Positions 24,101 to 62,935 of a DNA stretch of 64,000 bases are shown here, one piece after another. The notes under the pieces were generated by a model. It was not told the origin of the DNA. It ran no database searches and was given only the letters and a program-made list of their open reading frames with translations. The stretch is from the human T2T-CHM13v2.0 reference genome, Homo sapiens. Both the position numbers and the translations under genes were made by a program. The stretch lies in the NCBI RefSeq assembly GCF_009914755.1, contig NC_060929.1; one strand, 5' to 3'. Every line of letters begins with the position of its first letter. Position 1 is the stretch's first letter.

Positions 24101-25067
24101 TAAGTGTGGGCCGGGCCTGCCGCGTGCACTGGGGTTAGGAGATAATGCTTGTTCCAGTCTGGGACCCTCGCTGCTTGGGGAACGCGGGCCGAGGAGTCGC
24201 CTCCGTTCCGAGCCGAGGTCCCGGTAGGTCAGGGACCCCCAGTAGGTATTAGGACACTAGGGGCCGCGGCCCACTATGAGCGTGGGTGTGTGCTAAGCGC
24301 GAGGGCCTTTTCCCCGGTGGCCCGTCGGCCGAAGAAAGGCTTCTGGCCGGTACTCGGACCAGCGGAGGGCACGGGTAGGAACTGGAAGGACTGCAGGCCT
24401 AGGATGTAAACGGATCGCGGTCCTTTTCTTGAGGGCAGAGACCAGGCCCAGGTCGTACTGAGTCTTTTGAGTCCAACAGAAAGCTCAGAACTTTGCACAC
24501 AGCAGGCGCTTAATAATAGTTGAATCGAACGGGTTCTGGGGCTTGCCAGCCGCGAGACCGTGGAGCGGTCAGCGTCCCACGTGAGTGGGGGCGGGGCAGC
24601 GCCCGGAAGAGAGCGAGCTGGAGCAGCCTCAGGCACGGGTTCCGGATGGACTCGGGGTCTTGAGATTGGGTTGGCACGGATAGGAATTTAATAAAATCGG
24701 TGCTCTTATGATAACTTTGCAATCGCTTTTGTTTTCCACATTATTTCGGGATATTGTGCTATATTGGGTCACTCTCTGTTTTGTGCGCGTTAACCCCTCA
24801 ATAGGGTTGCACTTTAACGATAATGCATTCTAACCAGTGTGTTGGCCACAATTGTTAGTGGCTCAAGGGCCCGCCTTGACTTCTAGAACCCATAGTAAGT
24901 TTTGGGACCAGCATAGACACAGTTCTAAAAAATGGTGGGTCACTCAGGTCTTTCACTGGTTACAGTGTCTGCCTTTTGAATACTTGTAGATACATTTTAA
25001 TCCGTTGTCGTGTTCTTAGACAAAATCTTGTAAGAAGTTCTGTATTATTTGCCATTCAGGGTCTCTC

Positions 25068-36273
<11,206 letters not shown>

Positions 36274-36721
36274 CTAGTTGTAGAAAAATTACTTTTTTAC
36301 TTATTTAATAGGGCGAGAGTTGTTTTCAGGGTTTGTAGACTATATTCTTGGTGAAGTTGTGAGCTGTCTTAAAAATGTTAATTGATACATTGATGTGAGG
36401 GTACATTATTTTATACTGGGATTTTGAACAGGAGACTTGAAAAGTAATTAGAGGATGGTAGAGACTGTCTAGCCCACCTCTCTAGTATTCTAGACAGGTA
36501 GTTATCACATCAGATCTGTGCTCCAGCATGTAAATGACAGGACTCAGTTGTAAGAGGCAACCTGTTCCATGGACAGATTTACTCAATAGAAAGGTCAAAA
36601 TCATAGATTTGTACCATTAAAATATATGGCATTTTAGCTGATACTCAGATCTTGCCTGCTATGCTTTTGGATTTATTATTGTAGTAAGATTTAATTCTTA
36701 AGTGCTTTTTTTGTCTTCTAG

Positions 36722-36779
36722 GGCTTGCATTTCTTTTGGTCCTAAGAATCGTTCAATTGGAGCAGCAGCTAAAAGCCAG
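36722..36779 (+). CDS. HSPA4: HSPA4 exon 2
   Basis: ttgtcttctag|G acceptor; ACISFGPKNRSIGAAAKSQ; 58 nt; CAG|gtaaag donor; frame continuous with exon 1. Confidence 0.96.
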
Positions 36780-36926
36780 GTAAAGTTTCATTTTTTTCCT
36801 AAAATGACTTATTTCTCCTCTTCATCCATGTGTTCAGCAAGTAGTTGAATGCCCATTATGTGCCTAACACTGGTAGGCCTTGGGAATACAACTGGCAGAT
36901 ACAGACCTCTTCTCTGTTCCCATGTA

Positions 36927-37250
36927 CAGTCAGCCCTCAGAATTCCATGGGTTCTGCATCTGTAGATTCAAACAACTGTGGATCAAAAATATTTTTGGGA
37001 AAAAATACAACACTGGAACAATAAAAAATACAAATGAAAACAATCCAGTGTAACAACTACTTACATAGCATTTACATTGTATTAGGTGTTATAAGTAATC
37101 TAGAGACAACTTCAGGTATACAGGAGGATGTGCATAGGTTATAGGCCAATACTATGTCATTTTGTCTAAGGGACTTGAGCATCTGTGGATTTTGGTCTAA
37201 TTCAAGGAGTGCCCTGGAATCAGTCCCCTGCAGATACCCAGGAACCACTG
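36927..37250. mobile_element. MER2 (TcMar-Tigger) DNA transposon
   Basis: ta-CAGTCAGCCCTC...catgggttctgcatctgtagattcaa...cttacatagcatttacattgtattaggt...ataagtaatctagag...cagatacccaggaaccaCTG, with degenerate TIRs. Confidence 0.8.
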
Positions 37251-39158
37251 CTTCAGTGAGAAGCACCTGGCCTTAAAATAGCATTAGCAGTATAATCTGT
37301 TTAATGCAAACTGCCAGGGTGTATTTTGTCCAGATCTTGTTAAGCAAGGCTTGCTTGTTCCTTGATATTTTACATGCTCCTTAAGTCTGTCTTGTTGGGC
37401 CTTTCATCTTACTCATATATAAGGTAAGTGTTGATCTTGTTAAACAAGTTTCTCAAGGAAGGAAAGCATACCTCTAGAAATACATTAAAGGACTTGCTTT
37501 TAGTTTACTCTGTAAACCAGGAACCTGACGTAGTTGCTGGTTTCTGAATAACCAGAGCAGCAGAACCCCAAGAGTTCTGTTATTCTAAGTGTCTGAGATA
37601 TCTGTAAAATTAAGGAGTTGCATGTTTGACCTTCTTATGGTTCAGCCTGGAGCAACCCTATAGGGTGAATCTGTTTTTGAATGGGGCAGGGCCTAAAATT
37701 TATTAGCCTAAAAAAGTGGTGCTTGGCCAATTGGTTTTTAATTAAGTTGGATGTTTTATAGTTCATTTTCACAGTGTTCGAGATCTTTTAGGAGACAGCA
37801 GGTAGAAAATATTGGGCCATTTTGAAATCTCTTCCTTCTAAAATTTGAGCAAATCGCTCCTGTTTTTTAAACCTGCTTTTCATGATTGAGAGACAGTTAC
37901 TATACTAAACTGGCTGCCCAGTTCTAGGTTGATACAGTTATTGTGTTACAGAGTTTCTGTTTGGCAGCTTGCTCGAGGAAGGCATGATTTGGGTGGCCTC
38001 ATCTGTTTCATAAAAGGACTTCTGTGTGTTCCCTTTCATCTAGTTGATACAGGAGCTTACTACATCTCCTGCATTGGGAGGAGCAGCCTGTAAATCTTAA
38101 GCAGAAGGTCATTCTGGAATTTTTTGAATATTTTTGTCAGCATTTTCCCCTCATAAATTGTGATAGTTTATTCTAGAAGAATTAGAAAACATAGATAAAA
38201 AAGTGTAAGTCACCTGTTCAACCATTATCCAAAAATCATATAGACATTTGTCTTACCACCTTCTGAAAACTTTACCTGTTGATATTTCATTGTATGAATA
38301 GCCCATAATTTAAGCATTTCCCTGTTATTAACCATTTAGGCTGTTTCTAGGCGTCTGCTACTACAAATAATACTCTCCCAATATCCTTTTGTGTTCATTT
38401 TTGTGTACTTAGTATGATTTTTTTTTTCCCCTTTATGAGAAATTTGTTTCACTGGAATTTTTTTTCTTTTCTTTTTTCTTTTTTTTTTTTTTTTTGAGAG
38501 TGCAGTTTTTGAGAGTGCAGTGGCCCTGTCAGCGCAACCTCCACCTCCCAGGTTCAAATGATTCTCATGCCTCAGCCTCCTGAGTAGCTGGGGTTACAGG
38601 TGCGCACCACCATGCCTGGCTAATTTTTTGTATTTTTAGTAGAGACAGCGTTTCACCATGTTGGTCAGGCTGGTCTCGAGCTCCTGACCTCAAATGAGGC
38701 CCTGGCTTCTTTCAAAGTGCTGGGATTACAGGCGTGAGCCATGACACCCGGCCTTAACTAGAATTTCTAAATCAATTTATGTATTGCTGAGTTGGTTCCT
38801 GGAAACTTTCAACCATAAACTATGGGCAATTTTTAAAGGCTAAAAGTTATTTTATGTAAATGTTTATTAGAAGTTTAAGAACAGAAAATACTTATGCAAG
38901 TATAATGACCTGACTTCATGGGATATAGGAAGAGCAGGGCTCTATTTTTAGCCCTGCCACTCTGAGACCCATGCAAATCCCTCCTCCCTCACTTCGCATG
39001 CTAGTGGGCACCATTTAGAAAAGTTTAGGGTCTGAAGAAACCAAAACCAAGAAGGAGACTCTATATAAAGTTAAAATGTTGCTAATTTAATCTGAGGCTG
39101 TTGAAATAAAAAAAAAATTAGTAGTAGTCTTTCCACTCTTTGATATTCTTTCTCTTAG

Positions 39159-39314
<156 letters not shown>

Positions 39315-39569
39315 TAATGCCTTTTAATTAAAATGCATTATTATATTTTATCAGTTCAATATCTATCTGTACTTTTCTGATGTCAGATTGCAATGAAAAT
39401 GCTTACAGTTGCTTAGGGAAAGCTTTTTTCTAGTAAAGACTATTTGACAATTTTTGAATGATCTGGATGTTGGTTGGGAGCCATGAGTGGTGCTCTTAAT
39501 ATGGGTTGGAGACCTGGGTAGTGATGGTTTGAAGTTAATACTGCCATTGCTGCTTGTTTTGCTCACTGA

Positions 39570-39914
<345 letters not shown>

Positions 39915-41036
39915 TGAGCCACCGCACCTGGTAGGAATCACAGTTTTAAGTCACTAGCAGATAGATGGACATACTCTTGGAGATAGGATTTAATTTAGAA
40001 AGAGATGTTCTTTTGGGGAAAAGTGAGTTTGGTCTTTATCTCTGGTACATCTAGTGGAGTCTCTGTGAAGTATGCAGTGAACTGATCACAGAAAAAGGGT
40101 AAGAGGCTGGGAGATGGATAGGGTGGACACATTTGCCTTTCTTGCACTCAGAGGTAGTAAGAGGAATCCATGAGGGGGGGTGGGGGCGTGATTGGCTTTC
40201 CAGGCAGGTGAGATTACGGAGAGATTTGGTTTTGGAGGCCAAGAATCAGGAGAACAGGCTGGAAAGCCAAGAGATGTTGAGAACCATGAGAAAAAGGTAG
40301 TCTGCTGTTGCAGTGTAGCTGATAATTTAGTTGTATTTAGAAGTGAAAAATTCTGAAAATTAAAGAATGATGACTGGGTTTTCTTAAAATATCTGTGGTA
40401 ATTAAGGACAGTTTGAATGGGATAGTAAAAGATGAAGCTGAAGCACAGGAGAGAGAAAGGGGTTAAAAAGGGAGGTGAAGAAATGTGCAATACTTATTAG
40501 AAATAAGAAATAAAGAAATAGGATAGGTATTGGCAGATTTATTCATAAGCATTGCAAGAAGCAAAGGAGAAAAAGACTAGGAAGAAGATTTGGGAAACAA
40601 GTAGATGCAAGTCTAAAAGTGGTGGAATTGACCTCAGAATTAGGCAAATAGCAGGGAAGAAAGAGATAATTTAGAAAGGGCACCAGGAGGGATATTTCCC
40701 CATCTTTATCATGCAATAAAGTAAGAACTGTTCAATTCTAAACCATAATAAATTGTGGTTGGGCTGGGGAGTCAGAAGGTGGCACGCAAGCTTGAGTTAG
40801 GGCAGCAGCTAAAAGAAGAGAGCAACATGTTCTATTCTGGATTGTAATTTGGGAATATGGGCATGTAGGATGGGTTGGGATTGTTTTAGGCAGTCCTTCA
40901 ATATTTAAAATTCGTAACTGTTATCACATTTGCAGACTTTTATCTGGAATAGGGCTTTATCTTGAAGCTTTGTTCATTATTGTTACTTATTTAAAATTTT
41001 TTTTTTTTTTTGAGACAATATCACTGTGTCACCTAG

Positions 41037-41171
<135 letters not shown>

Positions 41172-42049
41172 TAGTAGAGATGGGGTTTCACCATTTTGGT
41201 CACGCTGGTCTTGAACTCCTAACCTCAAGTGATTTGCCCGCCTCAGCCTCCCAAAATGCTGGGACTACAGGTGTGAGCCACTGCACCTAGCCCATCTTTT
41301 ATTATTTAATTCAACCAGTATATATTGTGCCAGGTCCTGTTCTAGGTGCTGGAGCTATGGCAGTGAACAATCAGACAAATGCATGTCCTCATATTAGATT
41401 GAATCCTAATTGTGGAGATGGATAATAAACAGTAAACACATTAAAATACACATAGTATGTCAGATAGTAAAATAGTTTCTACCAGCAGCCTCTTTATGGA
41501 GGGACAGTGTGGGTCATGGTGAGCTACACTGATTTGTCTTTGCAAAGGAAGTTGTCTTAAGATTTGTTGTTTTACACTGTGGTCCTTCATCTCCAAGTAT
41601 CGTGTTTGGTTGAAAGCTAAAATAGGCTATGCGTGGTGGCTCATGCCTGTAATCCCAGCACTTTGGGAGGCCGAGGCAGGAGGATTCCTTGAAGCCAGGA
41701 GTTTTGAGACCAGCATCGGCAACAAAGCAAGAACCCTGTCTCTGCAAGAAAAAAATAAATTAGCTAGGTATGGTGACATGTGCTTTTGCTCCCCGCTACT
41801 TGGGAGGCTGAGGCAGGAGGATTGCTTAAACCCAGGAGGTTAAGTCTCCAGTGAGCTGTGATCATGCCACGGCGCTCCAGAGAGAGAGAATGACAGAGAG
41901 AGAGACCCTGCCTCCAAAATAATAATAATAATAAAAAAAGAAGCTAAAAGTGACCTTCAAGGTATTACTTCGAAAACTAGCTTTTTTTTTTTTTCAATCC
42001 CCTCTTGAGATAATGTTGCATTGATAATGGGAAGCATTGTTCATTTTAG

Positions 42050-42274
<225 letters not shown>

Positions 42275-43847
42275 TGAAGAAGCAGAGAGAAGAAAGCTGC
42301 TAATTTCAAGTAAACTTGTTTTTTTGTCTCAGGTTGTAATGGTTATTTAAAATGTTTGTCAGGCCGGGTGCAGTGGCTCACGCCTGTAATCCCAGCACTT
42401 TGGGAGGCCAAGGTGGGTGGATCACCTGAGGTCAGGAGTTCGAGACCAGCCTGGCCAACATGGTAAAACCCCGTCTCTACTAAAAATACAAAAATTAGTT
42501 GGGCGTGGTGATGGGCACCTGTAATCCCAGCTATTCGGGAGGCTGAGGCAGGAGAATCACTTCAACCCGGGAGGCTGAGGTTGCGGTGAGCCGAGATCAT
42601 GCCATTGCACTTCGGCCTGGGTGACAAGAGCAAAACTCTGTTTCAAAGAAAAAAAAAATTTATGAAACTAGTCTTCATTTTCTTACTCTCTTCTGCTGCT
42701 TAGCTTTTGCTCAGGCCTCCTTTGTTATTCTGCCTATTTAAATCTCTTCTGTTTTTCAAGGTGCATTCATCTCAGCCTGCCCACTTCTTCCTGTATTTTT
42801 TTCATCGCCTAGCATAGCACAGGGTAGCCACTCATTTGTTGAATTAGTTGGATACCCCTAATTGTAAATGGCACTTGTTCTGTATTTGTATTTGCTGTTG
42901 GTATCTAGCGTTAAAGACAAAGGCAAGGACTGGGCATGGTGGTTTAATCCCAGCACTGTGGGAGGCCAGGGCAGGAAGATTGTTTGAGACCAGCCTGGGC
43001 AACACAATGAGATCCCTGTCTTTACCAAAAAAAAAAAAAAAAAAAAAAAAAAATTAGCTGGGCATGGTGGCACACACCTGTAGTCCCAGCTACTTGGGAG
43101 GCTCATTCGAGCCCAGGAGTTTGAGGCTGCAGTGAGCTGTGATCACACCACTGCATTCTAGCCTGGACAACAGACTGAGACCCTGTCTCAAAAAACTTAT
43201 CCAAAAAACAAAGACATGGCAGCAGTTGACTTTATCTTTTGCATATCCCTGTTAAGATGGAAGCCTGGCTACTGTAGTTTTGTGCTTTAGTTTGGTGGAA
43301 TCCTTAGGGACTGTTGAAATATGTGTGGTTACATTGGCTTTGCCACCGAATCTCCTCATTCTGTAATTGTTACCTGATACTTTAGTTTCATGGCCTCTTT
43401 TGTCTTAATGTTGGTGCATTGATTGGCAAAGCAAGGACTGTTAGGTGGCTTTTTCACCCCAGAGTCTGTTGCCTGGCGGATTTCTTGGTCCTTGGTTATT
43501 GTAAAGTAGAATTGACATTTGTCAGAAAGAATTGGATTATAGTTGTGTACACCATTCTGGGGGTGGGCTTTATTCTTTATAGAAGAATGAAAATTCTGTG
43601 TTCCTTTAAAAAGCTCAGATTCAGTGACCTTGATTCCCCAGTGGCTGATACACCAGATCCTGTATTTCTTAGATGTTTCCTACCTTTCCTCAGCTCTTCC
43701 ATTGGTCTCCCAGATTTGTTTCCATTCCTCCATCTAGTGCCCCTAGCTTTGATCCTGCATAACACTCTGTGTGGGAGTAAAATTTATGTAAAATATTGGA
43801 ATGCGTAAGTGTCTTCCAGTTTTGGGTATCAAGTTAAAAGGTGATAG

Positions 43848-44731
<884 letters not shown>

Positions 44732-44971
44732 TCACTACTTCAGCTGTTGGTATTTTGGTCTGCCATGTAATGAGTATATGTAAGGTAATGGTACGGCTAT
44801 TTGTTTATCCTAACACTGCTTACTAAATATTCTAACTTTTCCCTACTAGTTTGAAATATTTTCTTGATCATATACAGAATAAATTGCTGTAGGTATTTGA
44901 TGGTGTTCCTGGATTTTACTAACTAAAATTAGAATCTATAATACAGTAAGCATTCTTTTTTTTTTTTGTAG

Positions 44972-45085
<114 letters not shown>

Positions 45086-45679
45086 TGATTATTTTTTTGA
45101 CTTGGTTAATCTTGAAGATTGTGAAATTTTAAAACCCTGGGGTTTCTTGCTCTTTATTTTGCTTTCAGCACTGCTGCTCTTGCTTACCACTGTGGTCATG
45201 GTGTTTTTGGATACTGTGTCACTTGTGAAGAATTAATCTGACCAGTGCTTTTTGTGTACCTTTATAGCATGCATTTTGGTATTTAAACACATGCTTGTTG
45301 GGGAAGGAGAACACTTAGCGTGTGGAGCAGTGCTTTGGGTTAAAGACTGGTCTTCTCTTAGACTTGTGGACTGGTAGAGTCAGAGGAATGGGACATTAAG
45401 CAGCATCTCATGGACAGAACATGCGGGGATGTTAACATAGCATAGGGGTAGAAAAGATCCAGGAAAATATATTTGGAAAATGGGGGAAATGGCTTGGAGA
45501 AAATTATGCCAAAGTCCATTGGCAACTGTAAGGAAGTCTAAGTGAATATCAGTATTTAACTCTTGGAAGATAATCTTTTTCTTGAATAAATTATACAGTG
45601 CTTATAAAGAATTTGATTTCTAAAACATAACACATGTAGTTGCATTCGTTATATATAAAACCTCTTTTTTCCTGCTTAA

Positions 45680-45910
<231 letters not shown>

Positions 45911-46039
45911 TAATTATGAAATTTTGAGAGACAATGATTTTTTCTCATCTACAATATGGGAGAAACAATGCATACCTTACAGGGTTATTCAGAGGATTTT
46001 TTTTCTTTTCTTTCTTTTTTTTCTCTTTTTTTTTTTTGA

Positions 46040-46198
<159 letters not shown>

Positions 46199-47405
46199 TA
46201 GTAGAGACGGGGTTTATCCATGTTGGTCAGGCTGGTCTCGAACTCCCGACCTGAGGTGATCCACCTGCCTCGGCCTCCCAAAGTGCTGGCATTACAGGCG
46301 TGAGCCACGGCGCCCAGCAGGAGGATTTTTTAACATGTAGTTCCTTGGTGAATTTTACACTGGGGATTGAGAGGGTGGTACAGGTGCTCTGTACTCTTGC
46401 TCATGAGGTTTTGAGTGTTCTGGAAAAGGGGTTTCTTTTGGATGCCAAAACAAACTGGACTAGGAATTATAGATTTCTAGAAAGCCTAAAGTTTAAGCAG
46501 TTTTGTACACACAGAAGTATAGAAGGCAAGGAGGGGCCAGAGGGTGATTGATCTCTGTCATAGTTGAGTTTGCTGGTTTATGCTAGTTCCACAGTAGGGT
46601 ATAAAATTCTCTGTCTAGATGATTTTATCTAGAATTTGGTGAAGAACCAAGGATTTCTCAAGTGTTTGCTTTAATTATTTGAATTGTATATTAAAATTGT
46701 TGGTGCCAAGGTCTGAATTGACTGCCTTGTACCCATTGGAGATTGGTGGAGAGGGATTACCCCAAACTAAATATTTGGTAATTTTGGAGGCATTTTGAGA
46801 CTTCATTTGTTATGGTCTTGTTTCTTTGAAAAATAGACGTTTCCACTTTATTTTCTGGTTTTATATTGTTTCTAGGTGGTTTTGTTTTTAAATAAAAAGA
46901 AAGCGAGTCTTTTAGATAATTGGGAAATGAGAGATTTGTGATTTTGCTTTTTGACAGCTATAAATGGTGGACCAAATGTAATTCTCAGTGTTTAAACTTT
47001 AATCACTAATAGAATTTCTAAGATCTATGCTATGCTTTCATCTTTTTAAACGGAAGACTCTGGTTATAATTTAGCCTGGCTTTGGATCAGAACGATGTGT
47101 ATTAGTAGCCATCTGCTTCTGTTTTTCTAAATTGTCCTTCTGTGTTACCTGTCACCTGTCAGTTTTGCAATCCTTTTGATTACTTTTAAATTATAAAAAT
47201 ATTCATTACAAAAATCTCCCCAAATTGGAAAACATTTATGTGTAAAGACAAGTCTGGGCAACATGGTAAAACCCTGTCTCTACAAAAGTTAGCTGGGTGT
47301 GGCGGTGTGCTTGTAGTCCTAGCTACTCTGGAGGCTGAGGTGGGGGGATTGCTTGAGCCCGGAGTTTGAGAACAGCCTGGGCAACATGGCAAAACCCCGT
47401 CTCTA

Positions 47406-47603
<198 letters not shown>

Positions 47604-48079
47604 TTACAATCTTACCATTCTTAACAGCTTGATGTATTTCATTCTAATTTTCTAAGAAAACAGAATTGGAGTCACTATATTTAGCTCTGTGTCCTGTCTT
47701 TTTTTAAGTTAACATACTAAGAAAATTTCCCCCATGACGTGTAGCATTCTTTGAAGAGATTGTTTTTACTGGTTTTATTCCTTCATAAGGATGTCATCAC
47801 TTATTTAGCCTAACTTCTATTACTGAATCTAATTAGATCTAGTTTGCTTCTAATCTGTTAGAGATTTGAAAACGGGTAACCCAGGCTAATTAGACTTCCA
47901 GGTTAAATAGAAACACATTGCGGTGAGCTAAGGCTTTAAGGAATCCTTTGGTAGTAAACTGCAGAGAGTTGAGCCTTTGGTATTACTCAGTTTTGTGATA
48001 CTGAGTAGACTAGAAGTATGTACATGACATGTTAGTATATTTTACCTTGGACATGTAACTGCTATTGGTTGTCAGACTG

Positions 48080-48265
48080 GTGTAGTGGGGAGGGCATGGA
48101 CTTTGGAATTAAGGAGATTTGGCTTTGAATTCCACTTCTACCACTTAGTAGCTTTGTGAACTGCAGTTTATCTCATCTGTCTAGGTCTGTAGCATTATCT
48201 GTAAATTGGGGATTATAGTGCCTATTTTTACAGTGTGGGGTAATAAGGATTAAATGATGTATACA
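48080..48265. mobile_element. MIR
   Basis: gcatggactttggaatt...ttgaattccacttctaccacttagtagctttgtga...atctgtaaattggggattatag...aggattaaatga (MIR core). Confidence 0.7.
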
Positions 48266-48371
48266 TTGCTTTGTTTTAACCTTAATGTAACCCTCCCTCT
48301 TTTTTTTTAGATAAACAACTTACCAGGTAAATATATATCATCTGTTTCAAAATCGATTGGTTAATTGTTAG

Positions 48372-48641
<270 letters not shown>

Positions 48642-48986
48642 TAAGTATATTACTATTTCGATGTTAAAGTGAAGAGTGAGTTTTCTCCACATATATTAAC
48701 CTTTAATTGGCTAATTGTTAAAATAATCACGGAGGTTATATGATAATTTTGGTTCTATTTTAAAAATTAGAAGCCATTCAGGACCCTGCTTTTTATGTAA
48801 AGTTGGGTCTGGTTAATAATGTAGACTAATGTTTTTGTTCTGATAAATTGAATATTCCAACATGTTGATAGTTCTTTACATATGCATTTGTTATACACGA
48901 GATTTCAGTTTCCAAAAAATCAGGGCAAAGGGCTGTAATGCAGAATTAAATTGAATTTAATTTACCCAGTGACTAAGAAATTGTAA

Positions 48987-58480
<9,494 letters not shown>

Positions 58481-58524
58481 TGATTTAATGTACTGTGTTT
58501 TTTGTTTTGTTTTGTTTTTTATAG

Positions 58525-58601
58525 AGGCAAATTTCTGGAGATGTGCAATGATCTCTTAGCTAGAGTGGAGCCACCACTTCGTAGTGTTTTGGAACAAACC
58601 A
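58525..58601 (+). CDS. HSPA4: HSPA4 exon 8
   Basis: tttttatag|A acceptor; [25 protein letters not shown]; 77 nt; CCA|gtaagt donor. Confidence 0.95.
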
Positions 58602-59333
58602 GTAAGTATTTTTGTGATTGAATTTGTTTGCGTATCTCAGACTGTTTGGAAATTGTTATTTATTATCTTACTTTTGCAAGCAGTGATAGAAATTTTTATT
58701 GTATGAACTAATTCAGTGGTATATATTAAACTTTTTTTCAACCTGTATCTTCCCCCTGCCCAAAGTAATCTTTTGAAATGTCTAGGGAAATCTAATAAAA
58801 GTTTCTCCAAGAAACTGAATTCAGACTGAAAGTTGGATATAAGCCTCACAATTATTTAATGGTGGTAAAAATTGTCTTTTGCGATGCTGATATGGTAGTC
58901 TTATAAGCTTTTCTGTCAGTGAATTCTTCCCTAGCTGGATGAGAGCTACAGCAAAGTGGGAAGGTAGGATAACCACATACTTATTTAACAAGATGCTTTA
59001 ATTTTGTCTCAGGCTAAAAGGTGACTGTTTGATTTAGGAATATATACTAATTTTCCTAAAATCTTTCTTTGACAAACCATTTACCTGGACTTCACTGTTG
59101 TGTTGATTGCTATTTCAGAGTGTTGGGATATACTGTCAGCTTGGCACAGGCTTTCCTCTTTAGTGATGATGGCAAATGGGCTTATTTCCACACTGGGAAA
59201 GCCCATTTCTTTAAATAGCCCTTCTCAAGAAGTTATCAATGGTTGTTAGATAAAATGTGACCAGGAAATCAGGTGATATTAAGAAGTATTTTATGAGCAA
59301 TAGCAGATCCTTTGATACACACCTTCTTTCTGA

Positions 59334-59585
<252 letters not shown>

Positions 59586-60118
59586 TGAACTCCTGACCTC
59601 AGGTGATCCGCCCACTTCGGCCTCCTAAAGTACTGGGATTACAAGCATGAGCCACCATGCCTGGCCTCTACCTGTGTTTTAACGTGGACTATGTTTATGC
59701 CTTGGATTAGAACACTGGAGTAGCTGGATGTGATTCTTCTTTTTTTTCCTTTAATGTCAGGTCAGAATAACTCAGTGGTTTGAGGCCCTCTTATTTTCCT
59801 GATGGCTAGCGTGTTTGAATGTTTGGTCTGTTGATGTTTTAACACTTGTTTGTGTGAGATTGTGTGAGAAATTCAGGACCTGTACACTGCAGTACATTTG
59901 AGGATTCCTGGCCCTCACCTCCTAAATCCCACTAGCTACCCTTCCCCCATTATTTTGAGAATTAAAACACCTACTTGTTTCCAGATGCCACCTGCCTCTG
60001 TGAGTGTGGGCATGAGTATGTGTGTGTTGCGGAGGTGGGTGAGGGAGTTGGAGGAGTTTTGTTACACATCTGAGTTATTTCATCATGGTAAGATGTTATT
60101 GTTCTTTCATTTCATTAA

Positions 60119-60331
<213 letters not shown>

Positions 60332-60797
60332 TAAATCATTGTAACAAGATGGCAGTGGTTTATGTATCTAATAACCTGGGATTAGCTCAGGGTGACTTCA
60401 GGGTGTTGAGATTCCAAAACCTTTGTTTTAAAATAGAGGTGATGTTCCTAAAAATAATTGTACTCTATAGCACATAAGATGAATTAATTGACTAGAAACA
60501 TAGGTAACTCTGAGCCTGAAGTATGACTGGAAGTTTGGCCTGTTATGTATGTCTGTATGAAATAGTGTACATTAATTAAATAAGGGTTGGGGTTAATAGA
60601 AAAATAAGGAATAGCTAGATTATATAGGTAATTGACATGATAGAAGTTTGTAAAACTGTTCAGACACCATTAAATTACTAATATAAATATTTTAAAAAGA
60701 CCATTGATTTTCTGAAGTAATTTGTATGTTTAAGTGATATTATCAGTTTATATTGTCTATACTTGTTAAACGGAATTTTTGAAAATTATTATTCTAG

Positions 60798-60904
60798 TGT
60801 GCCATCTTATCGCCTGCTTTCAAAGTCAGAGAATTTTCTATCACTGATGTAGTACCATATCCAATATCTCTGAGATGGAATTCTCCAGCTGAAGAAGGGT
60901 CAAG
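60798..60904 (+). CDS. HSPA4: HSPA4 exon 10
   Basis: attctag|TGT acceptor; [35 protein letters not shown] (NBD-SBD linker); 107 nt; AAG|gtatca donor. Confidence 0.95.
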
Positions 60905-61239
60905 GTATCATGTTTATTAATCATTTACATATCTAAAGTTAATTGACTATTAGGTCTGAGTAATATGTTGCTTTTCATTTCAGTTTACATAAATCTGTAA
61001 CATTTTATCATAGTGCATGAAGGAAGTGGTCATTTATTTTAGTCAGAATAAATTTGTGTCCTTAATTAGTTTCTCACACTTGATTCTGCTGAAATCATCA
61101 GTGCCTTTTATGTGCAGATTGACGTATATTCCTTTTTTACTGACTTTATATATAAAGATTCTTGGGAACTCTTATAATCTGGAAATAATACCAATTGAAA
61201 AGAGAGAGAAACTAACACTGTACAATAATTACAAACCTA

Positions 61240-61593
<354 letters not shown>

Positions 61594-61896
61594 TTAAACA
61601 ACAACAAAAAAAAGCTTATCTACTTGGAGAGTTCGCATAGTAGAAAGAACAAGTATGGTATTCTGAAATTTAGGGGCTTTAGATTGCAAAAGAAAACCTC
61701 TTCCAGTCTCGTTAGCAGGTTTAGAACCAGCCAAATGGCTGTTATTTAATTGGATCTCCCATTGTATCGGCAGTTTTTCTTGGTTAGCGCACATTGTAAT
61801 TATAACTTATGTATAAGGTGGTGCTATATACTATAAGGAGTTAACGAAATTCAGTTTGGACCCTAACATACAGTTATAAGATGTATATAGAAAATA

Positions 61897-62214
<318 letters not shown>

Positions 62215-62935
62215 TCATTAGGAGATGGTGATACAATATCAAAACATACTAGGTTTCAGAACCGTGTTATCTAGAGTAGTTATAGACTCTGGGAAACTCT
62301 TATCTGGAAATAATACTAGTTGAGAAGAGATAGAAACTAGTTATAGTATAAAGACCTAGAATATATGGGTAAAGAAATTAGGAGTATCCTGAATGGCATT
62401 TAGAAGCTGTGGAAAGTTAACCTATTCTTTTTTCCCCATCTGTAAATCTGTAAAACCAGGAATAACAATGATAATTCATACTTTGCAGAGTTCTGGGAAT
62501 GAAGAAAATGTAAATAAAAACCTTGTACAGTCACTGGACCTAGAAATGGCAATTTACTGATAAACGACAAGCAGAGTGGAATCATTTTTTTTTTCTGTTT
62601 TGTTTTTTGAGTAGAGAATGTGACAAATCTGTTTTAGGAATTAATCTGAAAGTAGCATATAAAGATAAATGGAAATAAGAAATTGGAAGAAAGGAAAGAA
62701 TCGGGAGATATTTGAGTTCTTAATTGGGGCAGGATAAGATAATAAGAGACTGTGAAAGAAGAAAGAGAAATCTGATGATTTAATAAGATTCTAAAAGGAC
62801 CGATTTTGCTTATTTTAAGCATCATGTTACTGAGCTATCATTGAAAGTAGACATAATCTAGCAATGTAGGCATATATTCATGCTTGAATTCATCCTCTTA
62901 GGTTATGTGTTCTTTTGTCTCTCGTATGTCCCTAG

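Noticed and set aside
24876-24895. TTCtaGAA as a heat-shock element
   Set aside because: Only two pentamer units; HSF trimers need three, and this 8-mer is common.
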